Positions 40,911 through 51,150 are shown, counted from the whole stretch's first letter. The stretch is 58,696 nt of DNA, filler included, from Sandaracinaceae bacterium (GCA_947483975.1; 3 parts of 3 records of this genome joined end to end with filler, not necessarily neighbours in it); one strand, 5' to 3'. The notes: a model not told the origin generated them from the letters alone. A program made the numbers and translations.

Positions 40911-42299
40911 ATGTTCACCAGCACGACGATCGTCATCGCCATCGTTGTCCTCGCAGTGGTCGTGGGGGCGGTGCTGATGCTGCGCCGCGGGGCCCCGCGC
41001 GAGCTGCCCGACGAGACGGACACTCCCAAGCTCGCGGCAAAGGAGAAGCCGCGCACAGAGCTGCCCGAGGGGCGACGCGCGACCGAGGCTGTGCGCGAGG
41101 CCGCCGCACCTGCAACCGAAGTGCCGTCGGCGGCGCGCGCGCCTGTCGCGACGCCGACCGCGGCGAAGGCGGAGGCGCCGAGCGCTTCGCCCGTCGCGAC
41201 GACGTCCGAGCCGGTCACTGCGGCCCCCGAGGTCGCTCCGGTTGCGGCGGCGGCTCCCGCGATCGTGGAGCTCGCGCCGGAGGAAGCGCCCCGTCAAGTG
41301 CCGACCAAGGTCGAGCCCGTCGAGAGCCCGGCACCGCGCCCGTCGATGCGTCCTTCTGGCGGCGCGGAAGACGTTGCCGCGCTCAAGAAGGGGCTCGCTT
41401 CGACGCGCGGCGGCTTCATCGCGCGCCTGGCGCAGATGCTCTCGCGGAAGAAGGCGATCGACCCTGCCCTGCTCGAGCAGATGGAGGAAGTCCTGCTCAC
41501 GGCGGACCTCGGTCCGTCGACGACGCAGAAGCTCCTCGACCGGCTGCGCGAGCGCATGAACCTCAACGAACTCGCGAACGAAGATCGCGTGTGGAGCGCC
41601 CTGCGCGAGGAGGGGCTCGCGATTCTCGGCGACGCCGGCGGCGGCATCCGCCTGCACAACAAGCCGATGGTCGTCCTGATCGTCGGCGTCAATGGCGTCG
41701 GCAAGACGACGACGATCGGCAAGTTGGCGAGCCGCTTCAAGCAGGACGGCAAGAAGGTCGTGCTCGCCGCAGGTGACACGTTCCGCGCCGCGGCCGTGCT
41801 GCAGCTCGAGGTCTGGGGGCGTCGCGTCGGCTGTCCAGTGGTCAAGGGGAAGGAGAACGCCGATCCCGGATCGGTGATCTTCGACGCGATCAAGCGCGCC
41901 CAAGCGGAAGGCGCGGACATCGTGCTCGCCGACACCGCCGGTCGCCTGCACACGAAGATTCCGCTGATGGACGAGCTGAAGAAGTTGGGTCGCACCGTGG
42001 AAAAGGCCCTCGATCGCCCCGCGGACGAGGTGCTGCTCGTCCTCGATGCCACCAACGGGCAGAACGCGATCCAGCAAGCGCAGACGTTCAAGGAGGCGCT
42101 GGGGGTCACCGGGATCGTCCTGACGAAGCTCGACGGCACCGCCAAGGGCGGCGTCGTGCTCGGGATCGTCGATCAGCACGGACTTCCGGTGCGATATGTC
42201 GGAATTGGCGAGCGCGTGGAGGACCTTCGCGAATTCGAGGCGTCCAGCTTCGTGCAGGCCCTTTTCGAAAAGCCGGAAGAAGATGCCAACGCAGCGTGA
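40911..42299 (+). CDS. ftsY: Signal recognition particle receptor FtsY
   Basis: GVNGVGKTTTIGKLA, DTFRAAA, DTAGRLH, LDATNGQN, TKLDGTAKGG and GIGE..DL. N-terminal TM plus Pro/Ala linker. Confidence 0.96.
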   Translation: MFTSTTIVIAIVVLAVVVGAVLMLRRGAPRELPDETDTPKLAAKEKPRTELPEGRRATEAVREAAAPATEVPSAARAPVATPTAAKAEAPSASPVATTSEPVTAAPEVAPVAAAAPAIVELAPEEAPRQVPTKVEPVESPAPRPSMRPSGGAEDVAALKKGLASTRGGFIARLAQMLSRKKAIDPALLEQMEEVLLTADLGPSTTQKLLDRLRERMNLNELANEDRVWSALREEGLAILGDAGGGIRLHNKPMVVLIVGVNGVGKTTTIGKLASRFKQDGKKVVLAAGDTFRAAAVLQLEVWGRRVGCPVVKGKENADPGSVIFDAIKRAQAEGADIVLADTAGRLHTKIPLMDELKKLGRTVEKALDRPADEVLLVLDATNGQNAIQQAQTFKEALGVTGIVLTKLDGTAKGGVVLGIVDQHGLPVRYVGIGERVEDLREFEASSFVQALFEKPEEDANAA

Positions 42300-42307
42300 C
42301 AGGACCG

Positions 42308-42337
42308 TTGATCCTGACGGAACCTGCGTGATATAGT
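42308..42337 (+). promoter_or_regulatory. Putative sigma70-type promoter for the beta-barrel pair
   Basis: TTGATC-18 nt-TATAGT with an extended -10 TG, in an AT-richer intergenic region. Confidence 0.45.
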
Positions 42338-42466
42338 CGGCGGCGTTTTCAAGAATAGCGAGCTTTTACTAGTAATTTCGACAAGTTAGATTCTGTGGTC
42401 GGGTAGAGCCAGTAGCCGGTATCGCGCCGATGGTGCCGAAGACCGGCGCCGAGTGAAGGGGTAACG

Positions 42467-43396
42467 ATGACGAGGGCTTCGATCGCGCTGCTTGCGGGGT
42501 TCGCCACGGTGGGTCTCACGCAGACCATGTTCGTGGGGTCTATCGCTGCGCAGGACATGACGTTCTCCGCCGACGAGGTCGATACTCCCCCTGGAGACGC
42601 TGCGACGCCTCCAGCTGAGGGGGATACGCCTCCGGCGGAGGGGGATTCGCTGCTGGGCGACCTCGTTAACCAAGGGACGCAGGCTGCGGACCAGCGGGAT
42701 GTGGCGCCACGCCGGACGGAGGCCTCCGAGGAGATCTTCGCCATCCAGCAGATCTACGCGCTGCGCAACAGCCGCGTGGAGGTGTCGCCCTCGTGGTCGT
42801 TCACGATCAACGACCAGTACGTCAGCCACCAGGCCCCTGGTATCGCGCTGAACTACTGGTTCACGAACGTGCTCGCCGTGGGCCTCAACTTCCTCTGGTA
42901 TGGCGGGCTCGAGAACGAGTCCGACCTCAACTTCAACGTGCGGCGCTCGACGCGCCTCGCGGTGCCGATCACCGAGTACCAGCTCGGGGCGCACCTGAAC
43001 TTCACGTACGTGCCGCTGTACGGCAAGTTCGCGATGTTCAACGAGTACATCTTCCAGTGGGACGCGTACCTCGTGGGCGGCGTCGGCATGATGCGCACGC
43101 GGCCCGTGCCGGTCATCGACCCGGAGATCCGGCAGTTCGACTTCGGTATGCGCGTCGCGTTCAACGCGGGCATCGGCATCCGAGTCTTCCTCTCGCGCTG
43201 GCTCGCCGTCTTCGCCGAGCTCCGCGATTACATGTATCTCGAGAAGCTCGAGTCGCTGAACGTGTCGCTCGGCTCGGGTCGGCAGGACCCGGCGACGTGG
43301 ATCGCGGACAGCCCCTCGTTCACCAACAACGTGACCGCACACCTCGGGTTCACGCTGTTCTTCCCCCCCTCGTTCGAGTACAAGCTGCCGCGCTGA
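42467..43396 (+). CDS. Myxobacterial outer-membrane beta-barrel protein (GltA/GltB-like)
   Basis: Signal peptide, RVEVSP..SFTINDQY, YVPLYGKFAMF..IFQWDAYLVGGVG and GIGIRVFLSRWLAV..ELRDY. Confidence 0.75.
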   Translation: MTRASIALLAGFATVGLTQTMFVGSIAAQDMTFSADEVDTPPGDAATPPAEGDTPPAEGDSLLGDLVNQGTQAADQRDVAPRRTEASEEIFAIQQIYALRNSRVEVSPSWSFTINDQYVSHQAPGIALNYWFTNVLAVGLNFLWYGGLENESDLNFNVRRSTRLAVPITEYQLGAHLNFTYVPLYGKFAMFNEYIFQWDAYLVGGVGMMRTRPVPVIDPEIRQFDFGMRVAFNAGIGIRVFLSRWLAVFAELRDYMYLEKLESLNVSLGSGRQDPATWIADSPSFTNNVTAHLGFTLFFPPSFEYKLPR

Positions 43397-43419
43397 CGGC
43401 CCCGAGGAGCGAACGAACG

Positions 43420-44304
43420 ATGACTATGCGCAACTCGATCCTGTCTCTCTCTCTCGCCGCGGTGCTCGCCGCGTGCTTCTTCGGCCTCGCGCCGATCGCC
43501 TCCGCACAAGAAGTGCAGGTCACCGGCCCGCTCGCGGGCGCGCCGGCCGTCCGCCGCCTCCGCGTTTATCGCGAAGGGCGCTTCGAGATCACCCCGCAGG
43601 CAGCCTTCACGCTGACCGACGAGTACACACGTACGGTCGGCTTCGGCGCGTCGGCGACCTATCACCTCACCGATTGGCTCGGCGTCGGGGCCTGGGGCTT
43701 CTTCGCTCCTGTCCACATCGACACGGGGCTGACCGACCAGATCGCGCAGCTTGGACAGACGGCGGCCTCGAACCGCCTCAGCCTCCCGAGCAACACGGGC
43801 TTCCCCGACCAGATCGGGACGATCAACTGGGGCGCCGCGCTCCAGGCGGTCTTCATCCCGCTCCGCGGCAAGCTCTCGCTCTTCCAGAAGCTGTTCATCG
43901 ACGCCGACTTCTTCGTCACGGGTGGCGTGGCGTTCATGGGCATCGAGGAGCGCGGGGAGACGGGCCCAGGGCTCTGCCAGCCCGACGCTGCGGGCGTCGT
44001 CGACCAGACGAACTGCCTCGCTAGCCAGTCGGATCGCGCGTCACGCGTCGCCATCACCGGCACCTTCAGCGCCGGCCTCCGCCTGCACGTGAACGAGTGG
44101 ATGGCGCTCAACCTCGAGTGGCGCGCCCTGCCCTTCTCGTGGAACACCGGCGGCACGGACGAGGACGGTCGCGTCAACCTCAACGGCGACGGCGGCTTCG
44201 CGGACGGCCTGATCAACGCCGACGACCGTGCCTTCCACTTCAACCACATGTTCATCGTCGGCTGGTCGTTCTACCTGCCGGTGAAGGCGACGATCAGCGA
44301 GTAA
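43420..44304 (+). CDS. Second myxobacterial outer-membrane beta-barrel protein (GltA/GltB-like)
   Basis: Paralogous motifs RFEITP..AFTLTDEY and FIPLRGKLSLF...DFFVTGGV. GAGGAG RBS. Confidence 0.75.
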   Translation: MTMRNSILSLSLAAVLAACFFGLAPIASAQEVQVTGPLAGAPAVRRLRVYREGRFEITPQAAFTLTDEYTRTVGFGASATYHLTDWLGVGAWGFFAPVHIDTGLTDQIAQLGQTAASNRLSLPSNTGFPDQIGTINWGAALQAVFIPLRGKLSLFQKLFIDADFFVTGGVAFMGIEERGETGPGLCQPDAAGVVDQTNCLASQSDRASRVAITGTFSAGLRLHVNEWMALNLEWRALPFSWNTGGTDEDGRVNLNGDGGFADGLINADDRAFHFNHMFIVGWSFYLPVKATISE

Positions 44305-44327
44305 CCGCCGCCGGTCGCGCAGACACG

Positions 44328-44365
44328 AACCGCCGCCTCCTCACGGAGCGCGGCGGTTTTCTTTT
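44328..44365 (+). terminator. Rho-independent terminator
   Basis: Stem AACCGCCGC-CTCC/GGAG-C-GCGGCGGTT followed by TTCTTTT. Confidence 0.8.
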
Positions 44366-44555
44366 CCGTCTCTTCGCGCATGGTCGCCCGGCTTCAGGGG
44401 CGCGGGCTTACCCGCCCAGCGAGGCTCTCCGGGCCCCGACCAGTGCCGATCGCCGGTGCGCCAGGCCTCCAAGCGCTGCGCCGCCATCTCGTGGGCCAGC
44501 GCGGGTCGACGACTCCGCCTGAGCCGCCCTGCGGAAGGGCTGGCGAGGGCAGCGG

Positions 44556-45296
44556 CTACTTCTTCGTGACGAGGCCCTTGGCGTCGATGGCGAACCCGGG
44601 CGGGAGTTGCTTCAGCAGCTTCTCGCGGAGGTCGCCGACGTCCCAGCCGCGCGCCGCGAAGCCCTCGAGGATGCGTGCACGGGTCCGCACGCTGTCCTCC
44701 TTGGCGAGCGCCGCGAGGAGCGCGGGCCTCACTGCGTCCGCGCTGCCTTGGGCGTAGATCGCGCCGGCCGCGTAGAAGCGGGCGGTCTCGTTCACGTCCT
44801 CGAGGAAGCGGGCGGCCGCCTCGATGATGCGCGGGTCACGTCGTTCCTCGAGGGTCGAGAGCAGCGAGAGCTTGCGCTCGGGATCGCGCTCGTATTCGAG
44901 GTGCATGGCCGACAGGGCACCGAGAAGCTCGGCGATGACCTCCTCGGGCTCGAGGAGTCGGTCGAGGATGCGAAGCGGCCAGGCGATCGTCTCGCCGGTG
45001 CGAAGCAGTTGCTTCACGGGCTCGATCGCGTTGGGGCCTGCCTCGATGGCGGCCTCGAACGCGGCGTCCTTCTCCTCCTGATCGGTGATGCTCGGGTCGG
45101 TCTGAAAGGAGAACCGAACGAGGAGCGCCTCGATGGCCTCGGGCGTCCCCATCTGCGCGAGCGCCTGGATGGAGTCCCACCGATCCGGTGCCTGCGCTCG
45201 CTTGTTGGCGACGCGCGCGGCGTGCTTGCGTAGCGTCGAGGGTGACGCCGTTCCCTTGCTGCCCGAGCCGCCCTTGAAGAAGTCGAAAAGCCCCAT
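44556..45296 (-). CDS. HEAT-repeat protein
   Basis: Repeated helical hairpins (RWDSIQALAQMGTPEAIEALL, LEDVNETARFYAAGAI, EDSVRTRARIL). Confidence 0.75.
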   Translation of the reverse strand: MGLFDFFKGGSGSKGTASPSTLRKHAARVANKRAQAPDRWDSIQALAQMGTPEAIEALLVRFSFQTDPSITDQEEKDAAFEAAIEAGPNAIEPVKQLLRTGETIAWPLRILDRLLEPEEVIAELLGALSAMHLEYERDPERKLSLLSTLEERRDPRIIEAAARFLEDVNETARFYAAGAIYAQGSADAVRPALLAALAKEDSVRTRARILEGFAARGWDVGDLREKLLKQLPPGFAIDAKGLVTKK

Positions 45297-45368
45297 GCGC
45301 CTTGTGTGCCCTTTGCTACGGGACCCACGAATGCGGGCCCCCTCGAGGCCCGCGAAGCGCGGGCCTGC

Positions 45369-46835
45369 CTACCTGATCAGGACGGGACGAAGAACGACCT
45401 CCGCACCGCGAGCCTGAACCTGGAACCGGACCATGCGACAGGCGTGCTTCTTCGCCAATGCCTCGGCTTGCCCCTTCATGCGCTGGGCAAACTTGTCCTG
45501 GGGAATCGCGAGGTTCTCGCCGGCCGCCTGCTTGGCGGCGACGTACTCCTGGAAGACGCGCACGAGGTAGGCGTCCTCTGGCTCCGCCTCGAGGCGCGCG
45601 CCGACTTCTGGATCATCGATCGGCTCTGCCGCGCCACCGCCGCCGGCCGCCGCGCCCTCGGAGAAGGCCTGGTCCTTCCACGCGGCCTGGTCGGGCGGCG
45701 AAGAAACTCGGCCCGCGTCGTCCTCGGTGGTCTCCTGCACGCCCGTGAAGACGTTCAGGAGCTGATTGATGCGGTATGCGAGGCCGCCCAGCTCGGCGCT
45801 CTGCACGTCGAGACGCAGGTCCGTGCGACCGTTGACGACGGCGAGCAGACCTTCCTCGATCTGCTCGATGGGCCGCAGGAGCTGCGTACCGATCGCGAAG
45901 CCATAGCCGAGCACGACGAGCGCGAACAGCACGGTCAGGATGAGCACGATGTTGGTGCTCGAGGCGAGCGCCGAAGCGGTGGTTCGGTTCCCGAGTACGA
46001 CGAAGGCGAGCGGCGCCGAGGTGGTGTTCGCGAGGCGGCCGAGCGCCCCGATGTACTCATCACCGCCGAGCGTCGTACGGAACGGCTGCGGGTCGGCCCC
46101 GCCGCCGAGCGCCTGGACGGTCGCGCCGCGCTGGGCCTCGGAGAATAGAAACGCCTTGAGTGCCTCGGCGCGGTCCGTGGGTAGCGACGAGCTGTAGACG
46201 CGCTGGTCGCTGACGAAGGCGACGTCACGGCTCAGCAGGCGAGCTTCGCCCGTCGCGTAGCCGTTGGAGACGTCGTAGCCGACGACGAGCGTGCCGATGA
46301 CCGAGCCCGCTTCGCTGCGGATCGGGGCCGCGGCGACCTGCATGACCTTGCCCTCATCATCCTTGCGCCAGACGTCCGTGAGCTCGGTGCCGTGCTCGAG
46401 GACGGCGCGGAGCGCGGGGATCTGCGTCGTGAGGATCGCGCCGTACATCCGGTTGCGGTCGGCGTTGCGCGCGAGGACTTTGCCGGTCTCATCCGTGAAG
46501 AGGATGATGTCGGGCACGACGCCGCGGCGCGACTGGTCGCCGAACCAAGCGCCGAGGCGCTCGGCGGCTTCGTAGCCGCGCGTACGGCGCTGGTCCTCGT
46601 CGAGAGCGGCGAAGACGTCGCGAGCCTCCCGCGTCGCGGCGCGGTCCGAGACCAGCGACGTGAATTCTATGCCGGACAAGCGCCACGAGCGCTCGATGAC
46701 CTCGGCGTCGTTGGCGATGGTCGTATCGACGCGCGCCTCGAGCCCAGAAGTCAGCTGCGAACGCACGACGAAGAAAGAGATGAGCCCCAGGAGGAGCACG
46801 GCGACCAGGTTGCCCGCGATGATCTTGAGCCGCAT
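45369..46835 (-). CDS. Two-TM sensor-like protein (Cache-like and HAMP-like) with an MXAN_5187-like C-terminal domain
   Basis: TM-periplasmic-TM layout, HAMP-like RPIEQIEEG..ELGGLAYRINQLL, and C-terminal VFQEYVAAK...VRFQVQARGAEVVLRP. GAGGAG RBS. Confidence 0.7.
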   Translation of the reverse strand: MRLKIIAGNLVAVLLLGLISFFVVRSQLTSGLEARVDTTIANDAEVIERSWRLSGIEFTSLVSDRAATREARDVFAALDEDQRRTRGYEAAERLGAWFGDQSRRGVVPDIILFTDETGKVLARNADRNRMYGAILTTQIPALRAVLEHGTELTDVWRKDDEGKVMQVAAAPIRSEAGSVIGTLVVGYDVSNGYATGEARLLSRDVAFVSDQRVYSSSLPTDRAEALKAFLFSEAQRGATVQALGGGADPQPFRTTLGGDEYIGALGRLANTTSAPLAFVVLGNRTTASALASSTNIVLILTVLFALVVLGYGFAIGTQLLRPIEQIEEGLLAVVNGRTDLRLDVQSAELGGLAYRINQLLNVFTGVQETTEDDAGRVSSPPDQAAWKDQAFSEGAAAGGGGAAEPIDDPEVGARLEAEPEDAYLVRVFQEYVAAKQAAGENLAIPQDKFAQRMKGQAEALAKKHACRMVRFQVQARGAEVVLRPVLIR

Positions 46836-47056
46836 GAACGTACGCTCCTCACTAGGGGAGTCGCCGTGCTTGGAACGGCCGCCATCGGGGCACATCGGCT
46901 CCCGATCGACACGGCTCAGCAGGGCGTACTGCGACAGCGTTTTCCGGACCACGGTCGGTACGGAGCAGTGCGTGATTACCATCGCGCGCGCGGCATGGTC
47001 AATAGCGGAGCTTCGCGGGGCGCCGAAGCCGAGGCCAGGTGCTAGGCTCGAGCGCC

Positions 47057-48133
47057 GTGACTGCCCCGCTCGAGCGCTCTGTGCTCGTCGTGCTCGATGA
47101 CGCGCGCTTCGATGCGCATGTCCCGACCGGATATCACCCGGAGCGGGCCGAGCGCCTCGTTGCGGCCCGCGCGGGGCTGATTCGCGCGGTACCGGAGGAG
47201 CGGCGACGCGGGCTCGAGCCGACAGCCGCGACGGCTGAGGAGCTGGAGCGCGTGCACGAGGCTGGCTACCTGCGGAGGCTCGCCGCAGAGCTTCGGCAAG
47301 GGCGCGGGCAGTTGGATGCCGACACGTACTTCTCGGAGGGGACCTACACGGCCGCGTGGCTGGCGGCGGGCAGCACGGCGCGGCTCGCGCGCGAGCTGCT
47401 GCGGGGGCGGGGCGGTCGAGGCTTCGCGCTCGTCCGGCCGCCGGGGCACCACGCGACTCCGAACGAGGCGAAGGGGTTCTGCTTGCTGAACAACGTCGCG
47501 GTCGCGGCGGCGAGCGCGCTCGCGGCAGGCGCGCGGCGGGTCGCGATCGTCGATTGGGATGTCCACCACGGCAACGGCACGCAGGACATCTTCGAGCGCG
47601 ACGGTCGCGTGCTCTTCGTCTCGCTCCATCAGGCTGATTTGTATCCGCACTACTCTGGCGCACCGACGGAGACGGGGAGCGCGGCAGGCGCGGGCCGCAT
47701 CGCGAATTTGGCGCTCCCGGCGGGTGGTGGCCCCGAGGTCTACGGCGAGGCGTTCAGGCGCGTGGTGCTGCCACTCCTGGATCGCTTCGAGGCGGACCTC
47801 ACCCTCGTCTCGGCTGGCTTCGACGCGCACGCGCGAGACCCGCTGGCCTCGATGGAGCTCGATGGCGCCTCGTACGGCGCGATGGCGTCTGCGCTGGTCG
47901 CCCAGGCGGAGCGCGCTGGCCACGGGCGCGTCGCGTTCGTGCTCGAGGGGGGCTACGACCTCGTCGCGCTCGAGGGGAGTGTCGCGGCAGTCGCGCGGGC
48001 AGCGCTCGGGGAGGCCATGGACCTCCCCTCCGGCGCCATCCGGTCCGACGATCGAGCGGCCATCGAGCAGACCGAGGCGGCGTTGGCGCCGTATTGGGGC
48101 GAGCTGTCTCGCCCGGGCGAAGGCTGGCGCTAG
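47057..48133 (+). CDS. Histone deacetylase family (Zn-dependent) amidohydrolase
   Basis: HPERAERL, RPPGHHA, GFCLLNN, DWDVHHGNGTQ, SAGFDAH..DPL and LEGGY. Confidence 0.93.
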   Translation: MTAPLERSVLVVLDDARFDAHVPTGYHPERAERLVAARAGLIRAVPEERRRGLEPTAATAEELERVHEAGYLRRLAAELRQGRGQLDADTYFSEGTYTAAWLAAGSTARLARELLRGRGGRGFALVRPPGHHATPNEAKGFCLLNNVAVAAASALAAGARRVAIVDWDVHHGNGTQDIFERDGRVLFVSLHQADLYPHYSGAPTETGSAAGAGRIANLALPAGGGPEVYGEAFRRVVLPLLDRFEADLTLVSAGFDAHARDPLASMELDGASYGAMASALVAQAERAGHGRVAFVLEGGYDLVALEGSVAAVARAALGEAMDLPSGAIRSDDRAAIEQTEAALAPYWGELSRPGEGWR

Positions 48134-49134
48134 AAGGCGGTCGGTCGAAGGACGCCGGCGCTCGCGTCGTTCGTCGCCGTCGTCCGCGCCGATGCTGGCC
48201 CTGCGCCGGAGACGCGCTCAGTCCCGACCGCGCGGCCTTCCACGAAGTAGAGCAGCGTCGCGCCGACCAACAGGGCGAGCGAGCTTCCGAGGAAGACGTC
48301 GCTCACCGTGGCGGTGTCGCGCGCGCGAGCCAAGCGACCGTCGCTCTGCTGACCGCTCGCCACGACGCCGAAGCCGACGCTCGTGCCAAGCGCCGCGACG
48401 CCGAGCCCGCCGACGACCCATGTCCAGATGCGTGGCCCGCGGATCGCGCGGTACTCCGTCGCGCGGGTCTGATCCGCGTAGGCCGCCGTCACGACGCCCG
48501 CGTCGATCTGCACCTCCGAGCGGAACGGGACATAGCCCTCGCGCACGACCGCGACGCGGTGTCGGCCCGGCAGCAACGAGATCGGCAGCGCGATCGGGGC
48601 GCGGCCGGCGGCGTGGTCGTCGACGCGCACCTCCGAGCCCGCGACGCTGGCCTCGACGCGCAGCGTGCCCGTGGTCGGACGCGTCCGGCGGGCGGCGCGT
48701 TCGGCCTCGGCGCGCTCTTGAAGGGCCGCGATCTGCTGCTCGATCTCCGCACGGTCGGGAGGGTCGACGCGGTCGCGCAGGTAGCGCTGGTAGTATTCCG
48801 CGGCGAGCGCGGGCTCGTTCAGTTGCTCGTGCGAGCGCGCGATGTTGAACCAGAGGTCGGCGCTCGGCACGAGCTGCGCGGCGAGCGCGAAGGACTGGAT
48901 CGCCTCGCGAAAGCGGCGCGCTTGGTAGTGCTCCATGCCGGCGCGGAAGTGCTGCCGCGCGTCCTGGGTCGCCTGCACGTTCTCAGGGTTTCCTGTCGCA
49001 GCGGGAGGACCGCCTGGGGTCGGCGGCGCGTCCTGGCCGGGCGCGACCTGCGCGTCGACGCGCGCAGCGAGGCACAGCAGGGCACCGACGACGACGAGGG
49101 CGAGAGCGGTGCGCGGAAAGGAGCGTGCAGCCAC
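48130..49134 (-). CDS. Secreted TPR plus PEGA domain protein
   Basis: Signal peptide, TPR region ARQHFRAG..LWFNIARSHEQL, PEGA region GSEVRVD..PGRHRVAVVREGY and C-terminal TM segments. Confidence 0.8.
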   Translation of the reverse strand: MAARSFPRTALALVVVGALLCLAARVDAQVAPGQDAPPTPGGPPAATGNPENVQATQDARQHFRAGMEHYQARRFREAIQSFALAAQLVPSADLWFNIARSHEQLNEPALAAEYYQRYLRDRVDPPDRAEIEQQIAALQERAEAERAARRTRPTTGTLRVEASVAGSEVRVDDHAAGRAPIALPISLLPGRHRVAVVREGYVPFRSEVQIDAGVVTAAYADQTRATEYRAIRGPRIWTWVVGGLGVAALGTSVGFGVVASGQQSDGRLARARDTATVSDVFLGSSLALLVGATLLYFVEGRAVGTERVSGAGPASARTTATNDASAGVLRPTAF

Positions 49135-49218
49135 GGCGCGAGCCTATCACGATGCCGAGGTAGGCCGGTTAGTTCGACGCCGGGCCGCGGTTCTGTACGC
49201 TTCGCTTCCGGAGGTCCT

Positions 49219-49716
49219 ATGCGCCATCGCCCGCCAGCCGTAGCACTCGCCGCGACCCTCTGCGCCATCACGCTCGCGCTCGGCGCTGCCGTGATCCGAG
49301 CGCAAGACGTCCCGGCACCGCCGCCGGGCGACGACCCGTTCGCGGCGCTGCGAGCCATGAGTGGCGCCGGCGCCCTCACGCCCGCGCGCGCGCTCGCCGT
49401 GATCCCAGAACGACACGTCGGTCGGCTCCTGCGGGTGCAGGACGTGCTCTTGGCGATCGACCCGCAGTTCGACGACCTCTCCCGCGGGGCTGGGCTCGAC
49501 GGTCGGCGCGCGATTCAGCTGCGCACGCGCGAGGCGAACATCCCGATCTTCGTGGCCAAGAACCAAACGTCGATCGCGACGGTGTTGCAGCTCGAGATCG
49601 GCGCACGTATCGAGGTCGAGGGCGTGCTGGTCGAGCGCGGCTCGCGCTATCTCTTTCTGGCGTCGGTCGTGCGTCCGGCCGACGTGCCCCACCCCCCGGC
49701 CGCTCGCCCCCGGTGA
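49219..49716 (+). CDS. Hypothetical exported protein, possibly OB-fold
   Basis: GGAGG RBS, signal peptide and LEIGARIEVEGVL beta-strand pattern. Confidence 0.55.
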   Translation: MRHRPPAVALAATLCAITLALGAAVIRAQDVPAPPPGDDPFAALRAMSGAGALTPARALAVIPERHVGRLLRVQDVLLAIDPQFDDLSRGAGLDGRRAIQLRTREANIPIFVAKNQTSIATVLQLEIGARIEVEGVLVERGSRYLFLASVVRPADVPHPPAARPR

Positions 49717-51068
49717 CCCTGCGTTCCTTCACCGTCGCGTGCGAGAGCGCCGAACTCGCAGTGGAGTGCGCGCACGCCTGCGGTGCACTCGCGCTCGCCG
49801 TGGATCCGCGCGTCACGCCGGAGCCCATCGCGGAGGCGTGCGCGACCCTCGCCTCGGGCTCCGCTGCGGCGGTGGTCGTGCAGTCGCCTCCCTCGGCCGC
49901 TGCCCTCGTACGGCTCGCGGCTGCGGCTCGTGCCGCGCGCCTTCCGTGCGCGGTCGCCATCGTCGCCCCTCACGAAAACGCGGGAACGGCGACCGCGCTC
50001 GCCGCAGACCTCGGGCTCATCGCCATCGACGAGGTGCGCCCCCTCGCGGCTGTCATCGCGCTGCTCGCCACCGGTGCGCGCCGCCCGTGGACCGCGTCCG
50101 TCAAGGGCCTGCTCGGGGCCGACCGCGCGCGCTTGCGCCTCGCGATGACCACTGGCGAGCGCGGAGGCGGTCGCATCGTCCGCGTCGACGATGGCCTCCT
50201 CGGGTACTCGCACGGCGCCACCGACGCGTGCGTGCCCGTCGGTGAGGCGCGCGATCTCGCGGCCGCGCTCCGCGCGCTCGCCGCGGCGGAGGCCGATGAG
50301 GCGCCGGAGCTCACCATCCCCGCGGGCGCGTCCCGAGAGGCCGTGCTCGAGGTGATCTTCGGACCGCCGCGCTCGCTGTCCGACCCTGCGAGCAAGACCG
50401 CGCTGCGCAGCTACGGCCTCCCCTTCCCGATCGAGGAGCTCTGCACGAGCCCCTCGCGCGCGGCGTCCGAGGCGACTCGCATCGGCTATCCGGTGCGAAT
50501 CGCCCTCGCGTCCCCCGATCTGCGCGTGTGGGACCACCCGGACCTCGCGGTCGACGGCGTCGACAACGCAGCCCGCGTCCGCGACATCTATCGGCAGCTC
50601 ATGACGGCGGCGGACACCCGCGCGCCGGGCAGCCGCCTGCTCGGCGTCACCGTCACCGCGACCGCCGCCGCGCAAGCGCTCTTGCGCGTCGACGCGGAGC
50701 CCCTTCCGAACGGCCTCGTGGGCGTCCGAATCGGCTTCGCGGACGCGCACGGCCTCGCTTCCGGCGACGAGACGCTCACAATCTTGCCGGCGTCTGCGGC
50801 GCGCCTCGAGCGCGTCCTCGAGCGCCTGCGCGGCAGCGCCCTCATCTTCGCCGGAGGCGCGTCGGTGCGCCGCGCTGCGATCTCGTCGACGGCGGATGTG
50901 CTGGTACGCATCGCCGCGTTCGTCAGCGCTCACCGCGCGGAGGTCGAGCGCGTTCGCCTGCAACCTCTCGCGTTGCTGTTCGGCGGCTCAGTCGAAGTGC
51001 GCGAAGTTTGTGTCGTCGTCGGGGACGCCTTCCAACGGTCTCTCGACGCGCCGTTCGACGCGCGCTGA
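49713..51068 (+). CDS. Acetate-CoA ligase family protein with a degenerate ATP-grasp domain
   Basis: LSDPASKTALRSYGLP..AASEATRIGYPV...SPDL. GTGA overlap with the upstream gene. Confidence 0.65.
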   Translation: MTLRSFTVACESAELAVECAHACGALALAVDPRVTPEPIAEACATLASGSAAAVVVQSPPSAAALVRLAAAARAARLPCAVAIVAPHENAGTATALAADLGLIAIDEVRPLAAVIALLATGARRPWTASVKGLLGADRARLRLAMTTGERGGGRIVRVDDGLLGYSHGATDACVPVGEARDLAAALRALAAAEADEAPELTIPAGASREAVLEVIFGPPRSLSDPASKTALRSYGLPFPIEELCTSPSRAASEATRIGYPVRIALASPDLRVWDHPDLAVDGVDNAARVRDIYRQLMTAADTRAPGSRLLGVTVTATAAAQALLRVDAEPLPNGLVGVRIGFADAHGLASGDETLTILPASAARLERVLERLRGSALIFAGGASVRRAAISSTADVLVRIAAFVSAHRAEVERVRLQPLALLFGGSVEVREVCVVVGDAFQRSLDAPFDAR

Positions 51069-51097
51069 AGCTGCCCCGCGGGGCGGGCCGCGGGCAC

Positions 51098-51150
51098 AAA
51101 AAAGACGCGCGTAGAGCGGAGGAGGACTGCTCTCCTCCGCCCTACGCGCG
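51098..51150 (-). terminator. Rho-independent terminator
   Basis: On the minus strand, long stem CGCGCGTAGGGCGGAGGAG/CTCCTCCGCTCTACGCGCG followed by TCTTTTTT. Confidence 0.85.

Noticed and set aside
40911..41400. N-terminal TM and Pro/Ala linker of FtsY as a novelty
   Set aside because: Variable and membrane-anchored FtsY N-termini are already known in several bacterial groups.
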